From assembly GCA_026936335.1 (NCBI GenBank), contig JAPMXV010000035.1:311078-375077 (forward strand): a stretch of 64,000 nucleotides of DNA, given 5' to 3'. Source of the stretch: Mantamonas sphyraenae STR306 (lineage: Eukaryota > Protista > CRuMs). Shown here piece after piece: positions 56,321 to 64,000 of the stretch; within the stretch, counting starts at the first letter, position 1; the number at the start of each line of letters is the position of its first letter. The notes under the pieces are model-generated. The model worked only from the letters and a program-made list of their open reading frames with translations, was not told the DNA's origin and did no database searches. Position numbers and translations under genes: made by a program.

Positions 56321-56736
56321 TGCTTTTTTTTCCTTCGTCCATTCAGGCGTGTCTGCCCATTTCTCCTCCGTTCTTTGCAACAGCCTCGGTCAACTCGTCG
56401 AACACGCAGATTCCACTTGAGGGGCTTCCAGGGGGTCTGCAGCGCCCGGAGCGGCAAAGCAGACCCACCCAACCCCACCCAAAATCCGAGCTGCCGACTC
56501 ACAGGAAGCAATCATCTTGTGTTGCTCTTCCAGTCACGGTTTCAACTCGTCACACACTCAGACACCGCTCGTGGGGCGTCCAGGGGGTCGTTTGCGCCTG
56601 GAGCGGCAAAAGTGCAATACACACACCCGTCATCGCACACACGTCCAATCACACCCAAAACGAGGTTCACAACGAACCAATCACCTTGTATTACTCATCC
56701 GCCTGCCCATCCTGCCTCTCCATTGTCATCCTCCCG

Positions 56737-57765
56737 TCAGACCGCCTCGTAGAGAAACACGTTCACAAGCTCCCGTTGAATCCGGATAAGGACCTCCTGC
56801 GGCTGCTCCCACCACAGACAATCCTCATCCTCGAGGTGTTCCTCCCCCTCGCCCACTATCACATGCTGCACGTGCTCGCCCCAGTTCATCAGAAGCAGCG
56901 TCTCCACCGCCTCGTCCACTTCGGCGGGAAACACACAGTGCACCTCCTCGTCCCACTGTGGCTGCTCTGCATCCAGCTCGCACACAAGTTCCAGTCGTAC
57001 GCGCGGACTTGGCGCAAGAAGAACTGCACAGCGCCCGTGGTAGTCCAGAGCTCCTAGATTCCACCCGTTTGCTGCCAGAAACCGCACCACAGCCACTTGC
57101 CCGTTCTGTGCTGCCAGGTGCAGCCACGTCATGCCGTTTCCGTCACGCGACTCTTTGTAGTACTGCGACCCGATCTCCTGCGACACGTACCACTGTAGTT
57201 TGTCCATCAGCGGCTGCGATACCTCTAGTCGGTGTGCGATGATCGTGATGATCATCTCAAACGCCCGCCGACGCGAAAGCAACCGCAGCTCCTGCACGCT
57301 GAACGTCTCGCCCGTGTTGGCCACCTCAAAAAGCAGTCGCAGCCCTCGCGACTCGGCCTCTTTCCGATGCCGAACCAGGAACAGGCCCAGTGCCAGTTTC
57401 GCCACAAGATCCTCCTCATGCCCTGCCATCCACTCCTCTAACCGCGTCTCTACGTCCACCCCATCCTCAAGTGACCCTTGCTCGTAAAGCGTCGGCAGCG
57501 CGTACGGCACTTCCGCCGCGCTGCTCGCAAGGTGTTTGATACCTCGTGCCACGTTCTTCCGCAACCCACCATGCCCGCGCATGTAAAGCATCCCTCGTAC
57601 GTACTCGTCCTCTGCTGAGGTCCCCTCCCACGCCCGCTTCTTCGCTGCAAAGATGTCCTGCTCGATGCCCAGCCCATGCAGCAGCGCCAATGCACTGTTT
57701 TCCTCCGCAGCCACCTTGTGACCATCCTGGCGCATGCTGCTCGCTCCTGCTTCGTCGTCAGACAT
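56737..57765 (-). CDS. Sel1-like/ankyrin repeat protein with conserved C-terminal module
   Basis: Sel1-like YVRGMLYMRGHGGLRKN; ankyrin GMTWLHLAAQNGQVAVVRFL; WDEEVHCVFP...QPQEVLIRI. Confidence 0.78.
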   Translation of the reverse strand: MSDDEAGASSMRQDGHKVAAEENSALALLHGLGIEQDIFAAKKRAWEGTSAEDEYVRGMLYMRGHGGLRKNVARGIKHLASSAAEVPYALPTLYEQGSLEDGVDVETRLEEWMAGHEEDLVAKLALGLFLVRHRKEAESRGLRLLFEVANTGETFSVQELRLLSRRRAFEMIITIIAHRLEVSQPLMDKLQWYVSQEIGSQYYKESRDGNGMTWLHLAAQNGQVAVVRFLAANGWNLGALDYHGRCAVLLAPSPRVRLELVCELDAEQPQWDEEVHCVFPAEVDEAVETLLLMNWGEHVQHVIVGEGEEHLEDEDCLWWEQPQEVLIRIQRELVNVFLYEAV

Positions 57766-57917
57766 CAGAATCAATCGGTACACGCAGCTACGCTTGGCTG
57801 GCCCGGCGCCGCCAATCTCTGCTCCTCTCCATCCAACTCAACTCCCGGAACACGCACTTGGTAAGCCAGCCAACCGCTGTGAGCATAGACCTTTGACCCC
57901 CTGCCCAATCCAGAGAA

Positions 57918-59942
57918 ATGCAGAACGACAAGAAGCTGACAAGGGTCCATCCCAGAATGCCCTCCGTTGAATCCGTTTGCCACACGCTCCTCAACGGCGA
58001 CAACAGTGTCGACGACATCAACCAGGCGCTTGTAGACACAGGCGAGGTGCGTGGGCATGCATGGTGAAGGAGCTTTGTCCAGTATGGCGTAGGCTGACAC
58101 GGAATGAGGCGTCTTCAGCATGTTGACCTCGAGGGCGAGCCCCTGGGCGACACAGCCGTCGCGTTGCTGGCGCAGGCCCTAGCCACGAATGCCAACCTGC
58201 TGTACCTGGTGCTAGAGTCGACACAAACCGGCCAACATGGCGCTGCCGCCCTCGGCAACGCTCTTCAATCCAACAACACGCTCAAGCTCCTCAATCTCAA
58301 CGCCAACGACCTCCGTGCCGACGGAGCGGCGGCCGTCTCTGCAGGTCTGGCCTTCAACCGTGCCTTGCAGACTCTCTCTCTTGTCAGCACTGGTCTCGGC
58401 GACGGCGGTGCTGCCGCGCTCGCGGACGCCTTGGCTCAAAACATGGCGCTCCAAACACTCGAAATCAACATGAATGGAATCCAAGACGACGGCGCAGTGG
58501 CGTTGGGGCAACTGCTTGCTTCCAATCGTGCCCTACTCTGCATGCAGGCTTGGAGCAACGAAATCGGTGCCACCGGGGCCCAGGGACTCGCACAAGGCCT
58601 TGCTCAAAACCACACACTTCAGGAGCTCATCCTCGACAGCAATCGCATCGAGGACGAGGGAGCGGCTGCGCTGGGTGACGCCCTGCAGGAAAATACCGCT
58701 TTACGCCTCCTGCAGCTACGCCGCTGTTCCATCAGCGACAAAGGCGCCGCTGGCCTAGGCAAAGGCCTGGAACTCAACGCAACATTGCTTTCTTTGGATC
58801 TCAGCCAGAACAACATTTCGGACGAGGGATGCGCAGGCCTCGGGCGGGGACTGGCCTCGAATTCGGCGTTGAAAACTCTTCATCTCTCCCGCAACACAAT
58901 CGGCCCGGACGGCGTCAACGAATTCGCCGCTGCCCTGGCATCAAACATCGCGCTTCAAGTATTGTCTCTGGACGGCAACAAGCTGGGAGAGACAGGTGGC
59001 GTTGCTCTGGGAGACTCACTCGCACGCAACCAGCACCTGTGGCATCTCCGTCTCGATGCAAATGGCATCGCAGGCGCCGCAGCCGACGCTCTGGGCACCG
59101 CTCTAGCAGCAAACACAACTCTGCAAGTACTTAACCTCAACCAGAACCCACTGGGTGACGACGGCGCCGTTGCCATTGCGTGTGGCCTCAAAGAAAACGC
59201 CGCTCTCCAGGCGCTGCATGTCGGCCTTGCCCAGATCGAAGACAAAGGAGCAAGTACACTGGGGCAAGCCTTGCAAGCAAACGCTTCCCTGCAGGTGCTT
59301 TCCCTCATGGGCAATGCCGTTTCAGCTGGCTGTGCCCACGCATTTGCATCCGCACTCGAGAGCAGCCGTTGCCTTCAGGTGTTGGACCTGGCCAGAAGCA
59401 ACGTCGACGAACAAGGCATAGACTTGTTTGCATCCGCCATGGAGAAAAACAGGACCTGCTGGCGTTTAAATGGCCTACGTGACGCGGCTCTGCAAGAACG
59501 TGTGGAAGACAATCGGCAGCAGGCGTTGGCAATGACCATTGCGGCAGAAGTCGGCAACGTGCAAGAGATGGAGCGCGCACGTGACTGGGGCGTATCCGTG
59601 GATGCGTTTCCGAGGCGAATGTCCGTCCTCGAGGCTGCCATCAAGGCTCAACAGATGGACGCCGTGAACCTGCTGCGTTCTTGGGGCGCAAGAGTTCGCA
59701 AAGAGACGGTCGATGAGGCCAGAGCATACGGGTGGAACAAGCAAGTGCATTGGGTGGGGTGGGGTGGACAGGTCGATGAAGCGATGGAAACCGCGTTGGT
59801 GATGAACGGGGAGGAGAGCTTGGTGATGTTTGAGTGTGGTGGGATGGAGGAGTATGTGGAGGAGAGGGGGTGGGAAGGGTGGGTGACACTGCCGGATGAG
59901 GTGATGGAGAGGGTGATTGGGTGGATGGGGAGGGCTGGGTGA
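57918..59942 (+). CDS. RI-type 28-residue LRR protein (NLRC3/RanGAP-like repeats) + ankyrin-like + conserved C-terminal module (exons 57918-58046, 58119-59942)
   Basis: About 16 repeats of L..L.L..N.I...GA.AL...L..N; phase-0 intron with CTGAC branch site; VLEAAIKAQQMDAVNLLRSWGA. Confidence 0.88.
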
Positions 59943-59994
59943 GTGGAGAGGGAGGGCTGGGTGAGTGGAGAGGGTGTGAGAATGAAACGGTGGT

Positions 59995-62900
59995 TCATTC
60001 GAGGCGCTGTCGTTTGGAGAAGGAGGAGGAGGAATGGTCTTTGCGCTTGGGCAGGGTGAAGGAGGGGATGGGGTAGGCGTCGACGAGTGTATAGGTGGTG
60101 GGACGGGTGGTGAGGTGGGGTGTGATGCGGTCGATGAGGGTGTGGAGGAGGGTGTGCAGTGTGGCGTCGCTGCGTTGGGGGTTGTCGAGCCAGGCGATCT
60201 TGAGGGAGAGGGAGGTGACGCCGCGGGTGAGGGATTTGCTGATGGCAGGTTGAACCTGCTGGTAGGTGAGGTGTGGCCTGAGGAGGCGGACAAAGAAGGC
60301 CAGGTCGACAGGCGGCACGCCAACGTTGCCCAGCGCCAGGATGATGTGTCGGACCAGAGACATCACGCTGCCGTTTTTGACCAGCTCACGCAGTGCCTGG
60401 TGTTCGTGTGTGTGCTGATGGCGAGGATGCTTGGCTGCGCGTGCCTTCATGTGTGCCAGCAGCGTCTGGAACTCCCGCGCCGTGCAGCTACCACGCTCGT
60501 CGCTGGGGGTGGCACTGCTCCAGCCACACCGTACAGATTCAGAATGCCACGCGTCCACCTTGTTGGTGGTGAGGTGGTGGTCGTAGTCGCATTGTGTCCA
60601 GTGTGGGTCGCTGTCATTGTCAGCAGGGCGTCGTGCCTTCTGCAGCCACAGTTGGGTCTGCTTGTGCTCCTTCCAGGTGCTGGGATGGGGCCTGTCACCA
60701 AGAGTGTCCATCTCTGTCATGAGGAGGTGGAGAAGGGCGTAGTTGGGGTCGCCGTGGTCGTGCGGCTCCTCCAGCCAGCCCACCTTCAACCCAGCCTTTG
60801 TCACACCCACGGCCAGACCAGCGTCACGGATGGCAGTTCTGCACGCCTGTTGATATACATCACGGCCGAGAAGGGTGAGGCAGAGTGCCATGTCGCCCTG
60901 GGAGAGGGGAATGTTGCCCAGAGCGAGCTGAATCTGTCGGACCAGCGTGGTCAGGGTGCCATGGCAGACCACAACACGCACCTGCAGGGTCATGAGGTCT
61001 GGGATGTTGTCGATGGGATGCTTGTTGGCCAGAGAGTGCATGTGCTTCAGCAGTGCCGTGTGCTCCTTCTGGTTGCTGTGCATGCGCTCGCTCTTGCGCC
61101 AATACGTCCAGCCACTTCGCACAACGCCATCTGGCAGTCCATCCTCAACGGCCACCACTTCCTCCTCCTCTCTGGGCTCGGGCAGAACAAGCACGGGGAT
61201 GCCGAGGGCGTTGACTGCGTCGACGGTGGTGGGTCGGGTGGTGATGTGGGGTTTGATGCGGTCGATGAGGGTGTGGAGGAGGGTGTGCAGTGTGGCGTCG
61301 CTGGGTTTGGGGTTGTCGAGCCAGGCGATCTTGAGGGAGAGGGAGGTGACGCCGCGGGTGAGGGTGGCGCTGATGGCAGTCACGACCTGCTGGTAGATGA
61401 GGCGTGGTCTGAGGAGGCGGACAAAGAAGGCCAGGTCGACAGGCGGCACGCCAACGTTGCCCAGCGCCAGGATGATGTGTCGCACCAGGGAGTTCACGCT
61501 GCCGTTTTTGACCAGCTCACGCAGTGCCTGGTGTTCGTGTGTGTGCTGATGGGGAGGGTGCTTGGCTGCGCGTGCCTTCATGTGTGCCAGCAGCGTCTGG
61601 AACTCCCGCGCCGTGCAGCTACCACGCTCGTCGCTTGATGCAGCACCGATCCAGCCACTGCGCACAGACTCAGGATGCCACTTGTCCACCATATTGGTGG
61701 TGAGGTGGTGGTCGTAGTCGCATTGTGTCCAGTGTGGGTCGCTGTCGTTGTCAGCAGGACGTCGTGCTTCCTGCAGCAACACTTGGGTCTGCTCGTGCTC
61801 CTTCCAGGTGGAGGGATGGGTTCTGTCGCCGAGGGTGTCCATTTCTGTCATGAGGAGGTGGAGAAGGGTGTAGTTGGGGTCGCCGTGGTCGTGTGGCTCC
61901 TCCAGCCAGCACACCTTCAACCCAGCCTCTGTCACACCCATGGCCAGACCAGCGTTCTTGATGGCAGCACTGCACGCCTGTGGATCCACGTCATGGTCGA
62001 GAAGGGTGAGGCAGAAGGCCATGTCACCCTGGGAAAGGGGAATGTTGCCCAGAGCGAGCTGAATCTGTCGGACCAGCGTGGTCAGGGTGCCATGGCAGAC
62101 CACAACACGCGCCTGCAGGGTCATGAGGTCGGAGATGTCGTCGATGGAATGCTCGTTGGCCAGGGTGTGCATGTGGTTCAGCAGTGCCGTGTGCTCCTTC
62201 TTGTTGCTGTGGCTGCGCTCTTCACTGCGCCAGTTCTGCGACCATCCTTTGCGCACAACACCATCTGGCAACTTGCTCTCTTTGTCTACAATTGCTTTCT
62301 TCCGTGAACCGGTGTCTCCGTTCATGGCCACCCTTGCCAGTGTGCTCGACGTTCCTGTCTCTGTGCCACTGCCAGCCGTGACCCTGAGCCTGCGCTGTCC
62401 GCTGCCTTTCTTCTGTTGGGGACCAGTACGTCGGCTAGAGTGGCCTCTGCTTGTGTGTCTCGGCTGCCATTCGTCCGTGCCCTCCTGCTCCATGTCGTCT
62501 GCGTCGTTGTCGCTCTCTTCTTGCGGCATGTACTCCTCATCCATGGCAACGACAGTGTCTGCAAAGCTGAGTGTGCCCTGAGTTTCCAACTCGTCATCCA
62601 CGTGCTGCTGGGTTGCGTCGTTGGCCTCGCCGTCTTCTTCGTACGCCTCCATCCCTGAGCTGGTCATCCACTCTGAGCTGGCCGAGATTGACCGTGGTTC
62701 ACGGTGGCCAAAGTTCAGGAACATCAAGTCCTCCACGTCGCCGGTGTCATGTGTGTGCGTGTCCTGGTCTGCGTCGTTGTCATCGCTGTCTCCAGTCTGC
62801 CGTGTGTCCTGGTGGGAGGACGACGACGATGTGGTGGTCGATGTTGTTCGTGTGATGCCGACAAAGGCGGGGCTGATGCGTTTGGGGACGCGGTTGTGGT

Positions 62901-63549
62901 TTGTGGTGGGTTGAGCAAGCGGACGGTGCGACGGAGGCTGAGCGAAGTGCATCTGGGCGGTTTGTCGTGGCTGAGGAGGCGGCGGAGGAGGGTAGGCGTA
63001 GTATGGGTGGCCCCGATGAGCATATGCGTGGTGCTGCTGGGAGTGGGTGTTGACAGGGACCCAGATGATGGGTGGTTGTGGGTGCTGGTACGGGTGTTGT
63101 ACGCCAGCGGCGGGCAGCATGTTCGGAAACGGCTGGGCAGCCATGGGAGGGACCATGTACGCGTAGCTGTGGGGGAGACGGGGAGGGACAAGGTGGGGTG
63201 GGAACGGTGAGTGGAAGGCGGAATGGACGCCGTCAGGGCAGAAGCGGGGGTGAAGGGAGGCTGGAACGAGCAAAGAGGGAAAACGGACGAGATTGGCAGA
63301 CCGGAAAACTGGCAACGGGGAAGGCAGTGACAGGGGAGAGGGGATCGGAGAACAGCGGAGAAGGTAGCAACGGTGGTGATGGGGAAGTGGAGATGCAGAA
63401 GAGGAGTGCAGGGAAGCGACGGAGGCATGGAGGAGGCAAGGAAGCGGGAGAAGCGGGCAGTCGGAAAACGGAGTGGAAGGCAGAACGCACGCTGGGTAGG
63501 TGTTGGGTGGGTGTTGTTGCTTAGGAGTGCTCGAGTAGTCTTTGTCCAT
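59995..63549 (-). CDS. Telomere-proximal protein of unknown function with a 378-aa internal duplication (exons 63549-63491, 63166-59995)
   Basis: Long ORF with a P/Q/H-rich N-terminus, acidic region, duplicated domains and terminal basic KRQRLE; phase-2 intron GTGCGT...CACAG. Confidence 0.78.
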   Translation of the reverse strand: MDKDYSSTPKQQHPPNTYPACVLPSTPFSDCPLLPLPCLLHASVASLHSSSASPLPHHHRCYLLRCSPIPSPLSLPSPLPVFRSANLVRFPSLLVPASLHPRFCPDGVHSAFHSPFPPHLVPPRLPHSYAYMVPPMAAQPFPNMLPAAGVQHPYQHPQPPIIWVPVNTHSQQHHAYAHRGHPYYAYPPPPPPQPRQTAQMHFAQPPSHRPLAQPTTNHNRVPKRISPAFVGITRTTSTTTSSSSSHQDTRQTGDSDDNDADQDTHTHDTGDVEDLMFLNFGHREPRSISASSEWMTSSGMEAYEEDGEANDATQQHVDDELETQGTLSFADTVVAMDEEYMPQEESDNDADDMEQEGTDEWQPRHTSRGHSSRRTGPQQKKGSGQRRLRVTAGSGTETGTSSTLARVAMNGDTGSRKKAIVDKESKLPDGVVRKGWSQNWRSEERSHSNKKEHTALLNHMHTLANEHSIDDISDLMTLQARVVVCHGTLTTLVRQIQLALGNIPLSQGDMAFCLTLLDHDVDPQACSAAIKNAGLAMGVTEAGLKVCWLEEPHDHGDPNYTLLHLLMTEMDTLGDRTHPSTWKEHEQTQVLLQEARRPADNDSDPHWTQCDYDHHLTTNMVDKWHPESVRSGWIGAASSDERGSCTAREFQTLLAHMKARAAKHPPHQHTHEHQALRELVKNGSVNSLVRHIILALGNVGVPPVDLAFFVRLLRPRLIYQQVVTAISATLTRGVTSLSLKIAWLDNPKPSDATLHTLLHTLIDRIKPHITTRPTTVDAVNALGIPVLVLPEPREEEEVVAVEDGLPDGVVRSGWTYWRKSERMHSNQKEHTALLKHMHSLANKHPIDNIPDLMTLQVRVVVCHGTLTTLVRQIQLALGNIPLSQGDMALCLTLLGRDVYQQACRTAIRDAGLAVGVTKAGLKVGWLEEPHDHGDPNYALLHLLMTEMDTLGDRPHPSTWKEHKQTQLWLQKARRPADNDSDPHWTQCDYDHHLTTNKVDAWHSESVRCGWSSATPSDERGSCTAREFQTLLAHMKARAAKHPRHQHTHEHQALRELVKNGSVMSLVRHIILALGNVGVPPVDLAFFVRLLRPHLTYQQVQPAISKSLTRGVTSLSLKIAWLDNPQRSDATLHTLLHTLIDRITPHLTTRPTTYTLVDAYPIPSFTLPKRKDHSSSSFSKRQRLE
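60100..62271 (-). repeat. Direct duplication with 1134-bp period inside the terminal gene
   Basis: LPDGVVR starts at 62271 and again at 61137; high nucleotide identity between copies. Confidence 0.93.
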
Positions 63550-63824
63550 GGTGTGGTGGTGGTAGTGGAGTGTATGTGGATTGAGTTGGACTGGTGGAGG
63601 GTGTGGTGGGTGTTGGTGATATTTTGGTTGAAGGGGGATGGGCAGAGCTGACTGCGCGGCGTTGCAGGACGACGGCCACTCACCAGCAACATTTCCACTC
63701 CCACCCAATGCCCACTGCCCCATGTCACCACCCAACTCAGCCACCCCGCCACAAGACACAAGCACAACTCACCCTAAATAGACCGGACTCATCACATCAA
63801 TATTGAAAGGGCTCGGATGTGAAT

Positions 63825-64000
63825 TTAGGGTTAGGGTTAGGGTTAGGGCTAGGGTTAGGGTTAGGGTTAGGGTTAGGGTTAGGGTTAGGGTTAGGGTTAG
63901 GGTTAGGGTTAGGGTTAGGGTTAGGGTTAGGGTTAGGGTTAGGGTTAGGGTTAGGGTTAGGGTTAGGGTTAGGGTTAGGGTTAGGGTTAGGGTTAGGGTT
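63825..64000 (+). repeat. Telomere (TTAGGG)n
   Basis: About 29 hexamers to the window end with one CTAGGG variant at 63849; G-strand runs toward the end. Confidence 0.99.

Noticed and set aside
57918-59942. True NLR immune receptor or RanGAP orthologue
   Set aside because: There is no NACHT/NB-ARC P-loop and no RanGAP-specific motif; only the repeat type is shared.

Overview
The window is the last 64 kb of a chromosome arm from a GC-rich, extremely gene-dense eukaryote, ending in (TTAGGG)n. Cilium-associated genes (CCDC33-like, OFCC1-like, calcyphosin with a GNW motif) suggest a flagellated protist; the species cannot be named from the sequence. Positions 0.8-50 kb hold about 28 protein genes with short GT-AG introns and spacers often under 100 bp. 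They include AP1G1, RAD54B, SSRP1, NAA40, AATF, ACOX, LARS2, TSR3, TMF1, two inverted copies of mS33 and a bacterial-type M15 peptidoglycan peptidase. Next come a 26-unit, 213-226 bp modular tandem array bracketed by tRNA genes, three subtelomeric genes and the telomere. The best leads are: (1) an apparently circularly permuted, membrane-anchored pepsin-family protease; (2) four unrelated repeat proteins (two kelch, Sel1/ankyrin, LRR/ankyrin) sharing one C-terminal W..H..P/TLL/P.EV module, a candidate ubiquitin-ligase adaptor family; (3) the tRNA-flanked array, which has a hypervariable 27-nt window and sits at a G/C-skew reversal; (4) several unusual domain fusions. Exon boundaries and family calls come from reading by eye with no database searches. 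Several conserved genes carry apparent frameshifts that are most likely assembly errors.
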